From: Planctomycetota bacterium
GTDB taxonomy: Bacteria; Planctomycetota; B15-G4
Reading direction: 5' to 3'
NCBI GenBank assembly: GCA_020638905.1
Contig: JACKHP010000009.1
Coordinates: 101,956-165,955, forward strand
DNA length: 64,000 nt
Below the pieces are notes generated by a model. That model saw only the letters and a program-made list of their open reading frames with translations. It made no database searches and was not told where the DNA came from. How positions within the stretch are numbered: position 1 is the first letter of the stretch; each line of letters opens with the position of its first letter. The position numbers and the translations under genes were made by a program. Shown here in pieces: positions 26,551-35,085 of this stretch.

Positions 26551-27330
26551 ATGCCGGATCGCACGGATCGACTCGGAGCATCCCGCGGACGGGGAGCCGC
26601 GACGGGTTGGCTGGTGCGGCTCGTGCTGGTCGGGCTCGGATGTGCAGCGTGCGTGACCGGTGGGCGCGCGTCCGGAGTCGGACGCGAAGCCGGAGCCGCT
26701 GCCGAACCCGAAGCCGAACCCGCAGCCGCAGCCGCAGCCGAGCCCGCGACCCTTGTCCGCGCCGCTCTCGCCGACTCAGTCTCCGCATTCGCGACATCGC
26801 TGGTCGACGCCATCAGCGCGCGCATCGAGCGCCTCGTCGATCGGAGCGCCGTGCGCGTCTTCTGGATGCCCATCCCGCTCGAGGGGTTGGTCGGCATGTC
26901 GAACGACGAAGAGGCCAATTCTCGCGACGCCTCGTGGAACCTCGTCAACGTGTGCCTCCACCACCTCGGGGATGCGCTGCTGCGACGCGAGGGCGTCGAC
27001 ATGACGGAGGACGAGATCTGCGCGTGGATCGCGCACGTCAGCGACTCCTGCGACGACTCCGACGCGCGTTGGATCTGGCTGCCGTCGCTGCGCAAGTGGC
27101 GACTCGACCAGGTGCTCTTCACGCGCTACGGGGGACGGTTGAGCCGCAGCAAGTTCTCGCTCTCGGGGCTCTCTCCCTCCGATGCCTACGCCGATTTCTT
27201 CCGCGAGCAGGAGGCCCTGGGCTGGCTCGAGTTCCGCGACCCGCGGCTGCGCGAGATCTTCTACGACCGCTTGCTGCGCGGCAGGTTCGCTGAGGACGTC
27301 GATCCGCAGCTCCTGTTCGAGGCTCGGTAA
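26551..27330 (+). CDS. Putative lipoprotein with acidic Ala/Glu/Pro linker, unknown function
   Basis: GGAGAGG lies 5 nt upstream of the ATG at 26551. LVRLVLVGLGCAAC is a signal peptide plus lipobox. A linker EAGAAAEPEAEPAAAAAAEP and then a Trp/Asp-rich globular part follow. Confidence 0.55.
   Translation: MPDRTDRLGASRGRGAATGWLVRLVLVGLGCAACVTGGRASGVGREAGAAAEPEAEPAAAAAAEPATLVRAALADSVSAFATSLVDAISARIERLVDRSAVRVFWMPIPLEGLVGMSNDEEANSRDASWNLVNVCLHHLGDALLRREGVDMTEDEICAWIAHVSDSCDDSDARWIWLPSLRKWRLDQVLFTRYGGRLSRSKFSLSGLSPSDAYADFFREQEALGWLEFRDPRLREIFYDRLLRGRFAEDVDPQLLFEAR
26686..26751 (+). repeat. Hexamer-periodic coding tract (GNNSCC)x11
   Basis: The tract reads GAAGCC GGAGCC GCTGCC GAACCC GAAGCC GAACCC GCAGCC GCAGCC GCAGCC GAGCCC GCGACC. 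It is in frame in the lipoprotein gene and uses the same hexamer words as the minus strand of the 48.9-kb microsatellite. Confidence 0.8.
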
Positions 27331-27344
27331 GCCGAAGATCGCGC

Positions 27345-27371
27345 GCTCGCGCTGCTCGCGCTGCTCGCGCT
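27345..27371. repeat. Tandem 9-mer (GCTCGCGCT)x3
   Basis: Three perfect adjacent copies lie 15 nt after the TAA stop at 27328-27330, in the intergenic region. Confidence 0.8.
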
Positions 27372-27468
27372 GCCTGCCGTGTCCCGCCCCGTGAGCGCGG
27401 GTTGCCTCGCAAGGCGTCGACGTGCACCATGCGGCCGCACCCCGTCGCACACCTCGCGAGACCAGACG

Positions 27469-28461
27469 ATGCACCGATCCGCAGTCCCGTCGCCGCGCGA
27501 CACCGCCCGCCGCCTGCTCCGTGTCGCCGCGGGCGCGCTCGTCGCGCTCATGTTGGCCGTCCCGGCGCTCGCCGCACAGACGGGCGTGTGCGAGCAGGAC
27601 GGACTGATCGTGTTCGAGACCGAGAGCGTCGCGACGCCCCCGCAATGGGCGGTCGAGACGAACGTGAACGGCTACACCGGCGCGGCCTACCTGCGCTGGA
27701 ACGGCGGCGACCAGTTCAGCAGCCCCGGCGTGGGAACCCTCAGCTACACGCTGAACGTCGCGACGGCCGGCACGTATCGGCTGTTCATCCGCAACCACCA
27801 CGACGATCCCGACGCGACGCTGGAGAACGACTGCTGGACGCGCGTCGACGGCAGCCCGTGGCTCAAGACCTACTCGAAGTTCAACAACCAGTGGACGTGG
27901 TCGACGCGCTTCGACCCGCCCACCGGCAGCGACGTCGACGCCACGTATGTGCTCTCGGCCGGCACGCACACGTTCCAGATCAGCGGCCGCTCGCAGGACT
28001 TCCGCATCGACCGCGTGCACTTCGCGCTGGCCGGCGTCGTCGACCCGACGAATCCCGCGACCCCGCCCTCGCCCACGGGCGACTGCAGCGCCGGCCAGTG
28101 GATCGACCTCGGTCACGCGCTGGCCGGAAGTTTCGGAGAACCGATGCTCGTGGGTACGGGCGACCTCGTCCCGAACACGCCGGCCGCGCTCACGCTGTCG
28201 CACGCGTTGCCCGGCACCGTCGGCGTGCTCGTGCTCGGGCTCACCGAACTCGGCGCGCCGTTCAAGGGCGGCGTCTTCGTGCCCGACGCCGACGTGCTCT
28301 TCGTGATCCCGATCGACGCCGCGGGCGGACTCACCGTCCCGTTCACGTGGCCGTCCAACGTCCCGTCGGGACTGTCGCTCTACTGGCAGGCATGGCTCGT
28401 CGACCCGTCCGGCCCGTTCGGCGCCTCGGCCACGAACGCCCTGGAGAGCCAAGGGGGGTAG
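27469..28461 (+). CDS. Secreted protein: CBM-like beta-sandwich N-domain plus an unassigned C-terminal module
   Basis: Internal ATG of ORF 27379..28461. The signal peptide is LLRVAAGALVALMLAVPALAAQ. The N-domain pattern LIVFETES...GYTGAAYLRWNG...NDCW...HTFQISGRSQDFRIDRVHF resembles carbohydrate-binding modules (weak). The C-terminal 126 aa resemble the C-terminus of the PAD-like protein. Confidence 0.65.
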   Translation: MHRSAVPSPRDTARRLLRVAAGALVALMLAVPALAAQTGVCEQDGLIVFETESVATPPQWAVETNVNGYTGAAYLRWNGGDQFSSPGVGTLSYTLNVATAGTYRLFIRNHHDDPDATLENDCWTRVDGSPWLKTYSKFNNQWTWSTRFDPPTGSDVDATYVLSAGTHTFQISGRSQDFRIDRVHFALAGVVDPTNPATPPSPTGDCSAGQWIDLGHALAGSFGEPMLVGTGDLVPNTPAALTLSHALPGTVGVLVLGLTELGAPFKGGVFVPDADVLFVIPIDAAGGLTVPFTWPSNVPSGLSLYWQAWLVDPSGPFGASATNALESQGG

Positions 28462-29245
28462 GGCTGCAAGGTCGGCCTGGGGCGCGACGCGGCGCTCCCT
28501 TCGCGAGATTCAAGGATGAACTGCTCGGCGGACGCGAGCAGAGTGGCGTCATGACGCGGCGCCCACCCCGCACGCGCGGCGTTTCGGGCCGCTGCGTGCG
28601 CGCCCGCTGACCATCGTCACGCAGCATCGCGCAGCTTCGGACAGTCCTCGCCGCCTTCGGCGGCTGCGGAACTCGCAGCGCGCTGGGCATGTGCCTCGGG
28701 GCGCGCATTCCCGAGCGGGGGGAAGCTCAGCGCGCTGGCGCGCGACTTCGCGGCGATTCGGCGAGGGCGTCGAGCGAAGGGATCTTTCGAAGCAGGTGGT
28801 GCGCGCCGCCGGGGTGAGCCTCGTGCGTGAGCATGATCGCGAAGGCTGACGGCTTCGAGCTGCGTGCCGGCTCGGGACGGCGTGCCGTCGCTCGTGAATC
28901 GCCGACGGCGCTGCGCTCGATACGCTGCGAGTCGGCGGGGCATGCCGGCGCGTCGTTCACGCGCCCGGCATCGTCTGTGCGGACCGGAGGAGCGCAGGGG
29001 GCGATCGCCCAGCGAGTTCCGCAGGCGCCGCAGGCGCCGAGGACTGCTCGAGCGGGGCGGTCGCCCCCGAGCACCCGGAGTGTCCGCACACACGGATCTC
29101 CAGCAAGCGAGCCACCGCGTGGAGTCGTCCCCCGCCGACCCGCCGACCCGCCGGCCGGCGGACTCCCGGCTTCGGCGGGATCGACTTACACTGCGTCCTG
29201 CGGCTTCGAGGAAGCGCGCGGCGCCGTGGGCGCGGGGAGGGACGC

Positions 29246-32143
29246 ATGACGCATCGGTCGGGGTGGGGCGCGTGGACGGCGGTGGCGGCCGTCGTGGTGG
29301 TGATCGCGCTGGGCGTGGTGTGGTTCGATGGTCCCTCAGGTGACGAAGCCATCGCGCTGCCGCCGCTCCCGTCCGCCGGCGCGTCGAGCGTGCCGCGCGC
29401 GCCGCTCGCATCCGACGACGGGCGGGAGGCGGCGGCGCGACCTCTCGCGCTCTCGGCCGCGCTCGACACCGAGAGGCCGCTCGGCGCGGGCGATGCATCC
29501 GCGCCGCCCGAGGGCATGGTCGCGCTGACGCTCGTCGGCCGCGTGGTCGACGCCGACGGGAACCCCGTCCCCGGGGCCACGGTGCGCCTGCATCCCTCGA
29601 AGGCCGGGCGCGCGAAGCTCGACATGCCCGAGCAGCTCTTCTTCGGCAGCGTGCGCTGGGACGAGCTGCCGCGCACCACGACCGACGCCGACGGACGCTT
29701 CGTGCTGCGCGGCGCGGACGTCGTCCCGGTCGACGAGGTCGTCGAGGGGCGCGGGCTCTCGCGGGCCGCGCTCGAGAACGGGACGCTCGTCGTGGCGTGG
29801 CACGCCGGGCTGCGTCCCGGGATCGGGGTCGCGGCCTGGCGCGGCGAACCCGAGTGCGACACCGGAGAGATCGTGCTCGCACCCGGCGCCGCGCTCGCCG
29901 CGCGCTTCGTCGACGCGCGCGGCGAGCCGATCGCCGGCGCCGACCTGTACATCCCGCCCGGCGGCACGCGGAACACGACGAAGGCGCCGGGCATCGAGGT
30001 CGCGCACGGCCTGGCGCACGCGCCGTCCGACGCCGAGGGACGCGCTCTGCTCGACGGCCTGTGGCCGGGCGAGTTCATCGCGCGCGCCCGCGCACCGGGC
30101 AAGGCGCTCCTGACGCGCGAGATCGTGCTCGTCGCGGGGCAGACGCTCGACCTGGGCGACGTGCTCCTCGCCGACGGCGGAGTGATCGCGGGCGTCGTGC
30201 GCGACGAGCGCGGCGAGCCGCTCGCGGGCGTCCAGCTCAAGCTGCGCTGGACCGACGTCGACACCGGCCTGCACTGGGGCGGCGAAGATCCCGCACTGCG
30301 CAACATGCGCCTCGTCGTGCGCTCGAACAGGACCGAGGACGTGACCGGCGAGACCGGCGCCGACGGACGCTTCGCCTTCGAAGAGCTCGACCAGTCCAGC
30401 TACACGCTGTATGCCGAGGCCGCCGGCCGCGAGCCGCTCATGCGCACGGACGTGGCGCCGGGCGCCGCGTCGTCGGACCTCGAACTGGTGCTCGCGCCCG
30501 AGGCGCTGCTCGTGCTGCGCGTGCTCGACGAGGCGAACGGCGAGCCGCTCGACGGCGTCGAGGCCCGCATCCGACGTTGCGCCGATCGGGTCGACGGATC
30601 GATGGCCGAGATGGACGCCAAGCTCGAGGTGCAGACCGGCGCCGAGGCCGCGCGCAGGCTCGGTCTCGAGGGCGACGGACGCGGCCTGCTCGTGGCCGGT
30701 CCGGCCGGTCCTCTGCGGAACGTCGCCGACGTCTCCGCGCCGGGACACGGGACGCGCAGCTTCGAGTTGCCCGGCGTCGGGTCGGGCGAGCGTGTCGAGC
30801 AGACGCTGCGCCTGCCGTCCGCCGCATCGCTCGCGGGACGCGTGCTCGACGACCTCGGCGACCCCGTGCCGCGCGCGCGCCTCGCCGCGGGGCGCTCCGA
30901 CAAGACGGGCCAGCCGCACGAGGCGCGCGCCGACGACGACGGCCGCTTCCGCGTCGACGGCCTGTCGGCCGGCGCGTGGACGGTGACGGCCGAGTCCCCC
31001 GGATTCGTCGCCGGCGAGCCGCTGTCGCTCACGCTCGTCGACGGCGAAGCGCGTGGCGACGTCGAGCTGTCGCTCGTGCGCGGCGCCGTCGCCACGGGCG
31101 TCGTGCGCGACGGCGACGATCGTCCCGCGACGGGTGTGCGCGTGGAGGTGCAGCAGGACGGGTCGCGCTGGGCGCTCTCGAGACTCTCGCGGGTCACCGA
31201 CGCCGTCGGCCGCTACCGCATCGAGGGCATCCCCGCCGGACGGACCCGGCTCTCGGTGCCGGGTGCCGAGCAGGACTTCGTCGCCGAACCCGGCGTCGAG
31301 TCCGAGATCGACCTGCGCATGCGACGCGCGCCGGTCCTCGTGGGACGCGTGGTCGATCCGTCCGGCGCACCGCGGGCGGGCGTCGACGTCGAGCTTCTGC
31401 TCGACTCGCGCCAGTCCGACTGGGTCGACGGGACGACGCGCACCGACGCGTCCGGCGCGTTCGCCTTCGAGCAGCGCTTCGATCCCGGCACCGTGCGCGT
31501 CGTGGCGCACGACGAGACGTCGAGCACGCCGCCCGTCGACGTCGAGCTGGCCTGGGATCGGCGCAGCGAGGTGCTGCTCGCGTTCGCGACGGGCGGGCTG
31601 CGCGTGCGGCTGCTCGACGACGCCAGCGACGCTCCGCTCGCCGACGTCCCGGTGCGGCTCGTCGCGCCGCCCGACACGCCGGGGACCGCGCCCGAGCCCG
31701 TGCGCACGAGCGACGCCGACGGGCGTCTCGAGTTCGAGCGACTCGCGCCGGGCACGTACCGGGTGTCGCCGTCCGATCCCTTGCGCCTGTGGGCATCTCC
31801 CGCCGACGGCGAGGTCGAGATCGGCGCGGGGATCACCGACCTCGTGCTGCGCACCGTGGCGGCCAGCGCGCTCGTCGCCGAGGCGCACTTCGTCGGCGCT
31901 CCCGTCGAGGGGCTCGAGCTGCACCTGATCGGGACACAGAACGAGGTCGGGCGACCCGGCCTGTTCGTGGGGGTGTGGAGCGACGGAGTCTTCCGCGTGA
32001 ACGGCCTGCATCCCGGGGCCTACCACTACGAGGTGCGGCACGGCTTCCGCAGCCCCGCCCTGCCCGACCAGGAGCACGTCTTCGCGTCGGGCGAGGTCAC
32101 CGTCGCCGGCGGCGAGACGCGCCTCGATCTCGAGCTGCGCTAG
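29246..32143 (+). CDS. Membrane-anchored CarboxypepD_reg-repeat protein (no sigma domain)
   Basis: 965 aa. GGAGGG lies 5 nt upstream of the ATG. After 8 aa comes the TM helix WTAVAAVVVVIALGVVW. At least 8 modules follow, such as GRVVDADGNPVPGATVRL...TTDADGRFVL, AGVVRDERGEPLAGVQLKL and GRVLDDLGDPVPRARL. Confidence 0.8.
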   Translation: MTHRSGWGAWTAVAAVVVVIALGVVWFDGPSGDEAIALPPLPSAGASSVPRAPLASDDGREAAARPLALSAALDTERPLGAGDASAPPEGMVALTLVGRVVDADGNPVPGATVRLHPSKAGRAKLDMPEQLFFGSVRWDELPRTTTDADGRFVLRGADVVPVDEVVEGRGLSRAALENGTLVVAWHAGLRPGIGVAAWRGEPECDTGEIVLAPGAALAARFVDARGEPIAGADLYIPPGGTRNTTKAPGIEVAHGLAHAPSDAEGRALLDGLWPGEFIARARAPGKALLTREIVLVAGQTLDLGDVLLADGGVIAGVVRDERGEPLAGVQLKLRWTDVDTGLHWGGEDPALRNMRLVVRSNRTEDVTGETGADGRFAFEELDQSSYTLYAEAAGREPLMRTDVAPGAASSDLELVLAPEALLVLRVLDEANGEPLDGVEARIRRCADRVDGSMAEMDAKLEVQTGAEAARRLGLEGDGRGLLVAGPAGPLRNVADVSAPGHGTRSFELPGVGSGERVEQTLRLPSAASLAGRVLDDLGDPVPRARLAAGRSDKTGQPHEARADDDGRFRVDGLSAGAWTVTAESPGFVAGEPLSLTLVDGEARGDVELSLVRGAVATGVVRDGDDRPATGVRVEVQQDGSRWALSRLSRVTDAVGRYRIEGIPAGRTRLSVPGAEQDFVAEPGVESEIDLRMRRAPVLVGRVVDPSGAPRAGVDVELLLDSRQSDWVDGTTRTDASGAFAFEQRFDPGTVRVVAHDETSSTPPVDVELAWDRRSEVLLAFATGGLRVRLLDDASDAPLADVPVRLVAPPDTPGTAPEPVRTSDADGRLEFERLAPGTYRVSPSDPLRLWASPADGEVEIGAGITDLVLRTVAASALVAEAHFVGAPVEGLELHLIGTQNEVGRPGLFVGVWSDGVFRVNGLHPGAYHYEVRHGFRSPALPDQEHVFASGEVTVAGGETRLDLELR

Positions 32144-32210
32144 CCGGAAGCCGGCCGCGCACGGGGACGCAGGTCGGGCGGCGCGTCGGCGCGAGCGTGC
32201 GGTCTCCCCG

Positions 32211-32996
32211 TCAGCCCGGCGCGACCTCGGCGTAGAGCACCGACGGGTCGAAGCGCATCACGCGCACCTCGGCGTCGGGAGCGAGGTCGCGCAGCAGCGC
32301 GTCGGCCTCGGCGTGCCCGAAGGCGTGTCCCATGTAGTAGGTGTCGTTCAGCTCGCCGTCGATCGCGACGAGGTCGCGCTGCTCGTCGTCGGCGATGGGT
32401 GTCTCGTCGAACGAGGGCGGCGCGACGCGCAGCGCCGGAGCCTGGGCCATCGGCAGGATGCCCTCGGGATCGTCGGCGTCGGCGCGCAACTGCAGGCGCA
32501 GGCGTCCTCCGGGCGCGAGCAGCCGGAGCGCGTCGCGCACGTACGCGACGACGATGTCGAGCGGGCAGTGGATCAGCACGGCGTGCGAGAAGACCACGTC
32601 GTACGCACGGTCGTCCAGCGCGTCGGGGATCGCGTCGCCGTGTCCCACGACGACGCGCGCGTTCGGGACGTCGTCGAGGCGCGCCTCGGCCGCCTCGACC
32701 ATGCCGGGCGCGATGTCGAAGCCCGAGTAGCTCTTCACCTGCGGCGCGATCTGGCGGGCGAGGCGACCGCTCCCGCAGCCGATCTCGAGCACGTGCGCGT
32801 CGGCCAGCCACGCGTCGTCGAGCCCGTGCAGGACCACGGCCGCGTCGAAGGCGGCCTGCTGGCGGACGCGGTCATCGTCCTTCCAGCCGCGGTGGGAGGC
32901 CACGTAGAACTCGCGGTGCGGCGAGCGCGAGCGACGCTCCCAGGCCCGGCGCAGCTCGTCGGCCCAGGGACGAGCCTTCCCGTCGTCGTGTGGCAC
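32211..32996 (-). CDS. Class I SAM-dependent methyltransferase
   Basis: Motif I is VLEIGCGSGRLA. GTG start at 32996 is preceded by GGAGAAGGAG with a 6-nt spacer. The upstream part of ORF 32211..33599 is not protein-like. Confidence 0.8.
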   Translation of the reverse strand: MPHDDGKARPWADELRRAWERRSRSPHREFYVASHRGWKDDDRVRQQAAFDAAVVLHGLDDAWLADAHVLEIGCGSGRLARQIAPQVKSYSGFDIAPGMVEAAEARLDDVPNARVVVGHGDAIPDALDDRAYDVVFSHAVLIHCPLDIVVAYVRDALRLLAPGGRLRLQLRADADDPEGILPMAQAPALRVAPPSFDETPIADDEQRDLVAIDGELNDTYYMGHAFGHAEADALLRDLAPDAEVRVMRFDPSVLYAEVAPG

Positions 32997-33152
32997 GAGC
33001 GTCTCCTTCTCCCGGGGAGGATCCGGCAGTGTACAGGCCGTGCCGGATCCGTGGGGCGGCGTGCTGCTCCTGCGTCCCTTCCGGGGTCCCTCAAGTCGTC
33101 CCCGGCCGCCGACCGATGCACCCCCCGAGACCCCGTCCCGGAGGAGACGCCG

Positions 33153-33674
33153 ATGAACTGCCCCGCCTGCTCGCACAGCCTGAAGCCGCTCTCGCTGGGC
33201 GGAGTCACCGTGGACGTCTGCGACGGCGGATGCGGCGGTGTCTGGTTCGACAAGCGCGAACTCGACGCGTTCGACGAGCCGTCCGAGTTCGCCGATCCGC
33301 TGCTGGGCATCCACAGAGACCCGTCGGCGGTGCCGGACGGCGCGCGTCACCACTGCCCGAGCTGCACCGGCATCGTGATGATGCGGCACTTCTTCAGCAC
33401 GCGCTTCGAGGTCGAGGTCGACGAGTGCCCGGGCTGCGGCGGATTCTGGCTCGACCACGGCGAACTCGAGCACATCCGTGCGCAGTTCGACAGCGCGGAC
33501 GACCGCCAGCGCGCGAACGAGGCCTTCCTGGCCCGCAACCTGGCCTCGCCCCTGGCTTCGATGGACAGGGACGTGCAGGACGACATGCGGCGCGCGCATC
33601 GCCTCTCGCGCCTGTTCCGCTGGGCGTGTCCCAGCGCCTGGATCCCGGGCAAGCAGCCCTGGGGCAACTTCTAG
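33153..33674 (+). CDS. Double zinc-ribbon protein (zf-TFIIB-type domains)
   Basis: Two copies of CPxC...C(D/P)xC GG(V/F)W(F/L)D..EL: CPACSHS...CDGGCGGVWFDKRELD and CPSCTG...CPGCGGFWLDHGELE. GGAGGAG lies upstream of the ATG at 33153. Confidence 0.7.
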   Translation: MNCPACSHSLKPLSLGGVTVDVCDGGCGGVWFDKRELDAFDEPSEFADPLLGIHRDPSAVPDGARHHCPSCTGIVMMRHFFSTRFEVEVDECPGCGGFWLDHGELEHIRAQFDSADDRQRANEAFLARNLASPLASMDRDVQDDMRRAHRLSRLFRWACPSAWIPGKQPWGNF

Positions 33675-33730
33675 GGCACGCGGTCGCGACGCGCATCCCC
33701 CTGGGGGCGGGTTTCCCGGGAGCGCGCGCC

Positions 33731-34543
33731 ATGCCGAGATCGTCCGTCGTCCGTCTGCTGCTCGTCGCGGCGCTGGCCGTGTCCGCAGGCTGCGTGCAGT
33801 ACACGTCGCGCGTCCAGGAGCGCATCTCCGGGCCCGAGCGGCTCGTCGACACCGACGTGCGTCCCGAGCCGGGCAGCGAGGCGGAGCTCTTCGAGTTCAC
33901 GCTGGAGCCCGCGGGGCCCGGGCGCGAACGACTCGCGTGCGAGCGCGTCGTGCTGGCCGACGTCCAGCGCGTGCGCACGTACGAGCGTCCCGTGACCGAG
34001 CTGCGCAGCGCGTCGTGCCGCGCGCCGCTGTGGCTCGTCGTGCTGCCCGTCGCCGACGCGTCCTCCGGCGAGCGCGGCCCGTACTGGCTGCTGCCCTACA
34101 GCCTGCGCCTGGCCCAGGACCTGCTCGAGGGCCAGGACGCCGACGAGCTGCTCGAGACGAAGGGCGTGGCCTGCGTCCTGTTCGGTCCCGTGCTCGCGCT
34201 GGACGCGCTCACGCTTCCGTACCATCTGTGGTGCATGGCGCGCGCCGAGCGCGACGTCACCGTGTCCGAGCATCGCGAGGAGCGCGAGCCCGACACGGTC
34301 GTGCTGCGTCGGCGCGACGCGACGCCGCGCCTGCGCGAGGTCGTGCTGCGCAACGCGCGCGGCGATTCGCTCGTGCTCGACGATGCGCGGGGGGCGTTCG
34401 ACCTCTCGCCGCTGGTCGATCCCGCCGACCGCGATCTGGCGCTCGAGGTGCGCGCGCTCTACGACGGACGCGCGGTGCGCTCGGAGCTCGTGCTCGACGA
34501 GGACGACCTGCCGCGGCTGCTGCGTCGTCGCGACGCACGCTGA
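33731..34543 (+). CDS. Putative lipoprotein, unknown function
   Basis: Terminal 270 aa of ORF 32399..34543. MPRSSVVRLLLVAALAVSAGC is a signal peptide plus lipobox. Confidence 0.55.
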   Translation: MPRSSVVRLLLVAALAVSAGCVQYTSRVQERISGPERLVDTDVRPEPGSEAELFEFTLEPAGPGRERLACERVVLADVQRVRTYERPVTELRSASCRAPLWLVVLPVADASSGERGPYWLLPYSLRLAQDLLEGQDADELLETKGVACVLFGPVLALDALTLPYHLWCMARAERDVTVSEHREEREPDTVVLRRRDATPRLREVVLRNARGDSLVLDDARGAFDLSPLVDPADRDLALEVRALYDGRAVRSELVLDEDDLPRLLRRRDAR

Positions 34544-34936
34544 TCAGCGCGCGTTCTCCCGCCACAGCGCCTCGAAGAGCGGGATCTGCGCGAAGGTGAT
34601 GGCCAGCGCGGCCACGATCGACGCGCCCAGCCAGAGACCGATGTTCCAGAAGATGCGCTGCCGCTCGTCGCGCACCCAGGCGTCCTTGACCAGGATCAGC
34701 ACGCCGTGCGCGGCGAGTGCCACGGGGAACGCCGGCCCGTCGACGAGCCGCGCCAGGAACCCGTAGGCCACGCCGGCCTCGGCCATCTTCGTCTCGAGCC
34801 CGCCCATCGTGCGCCAGAAGAGCACGGCCGACGAGAACGAGCCGATCGCGATGAGCGTCGAGATCGTGTTGAAGCGCCAGCCGCGCGCGGGCGGCGCCAC
34901 CTGTCCGAACGGCTCGAGGGTGGACGGTTCGCTCAT
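34544..34936 (-). CDS. Small membrane protein, unknown function
   Basis: 130 aa from MSEPSTLEPF with three hydrophobic segments. It is the last gene of the minus-strand gene string. Its stop directly abuts the stop of the convergent gene (TGATCA). Confidence 0.5.
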   Translation of the reverse strand: MSEPSTLEPFGQVAPPARGWRFNTISTLIAIGSFSSAVLFWRTMGGLETKMAEAGVAYGFLARLVDGPAFPVALAAHGVLILVKDAWVRDERQRIFWNIGLWLGASIVAALAITFAQIPLFEALWRENAR

Positions 34937-35085
34937 CGACGGACCTCGCGGGGAGGGCAAGTCCGGCAGCCTACCACCGCGCGACCCGGCGTCGCGCCCG
35001 CGCGCTGCGTGGCGACGTCCTGCGACGCCGAGATCCCTCGCCACGGCGCCGGAAGAGGAGTTCCGGCCGGCGGGCGGCGCGACGC

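Noticed and set aside
28727-29089. Possible fragment of an IS200/RAYT-type transposase, suggested by ...AFAIMLTHEAHPGGAHHLL...
   Set aside because: The resemblance is limited to a few residues and there is no true HUH (His-hydrophobic-His) motif. The rest of the ORF is Arg/Pro/Ala-rich. This is too weak to call.
32399-33730. First 444 codons of the 714-aa ORF 32399..34543, and the first 280 codons of ORF 32313..33674
   Set aside because: These parts are antisense or off-frame to the SAM methyltransferase and Arg/Ala/Pro-rich. The protein-like sequence with a lipobox or zinc-ribbon motifs begins only at ATG 33731 and ATG 33153 respectively.
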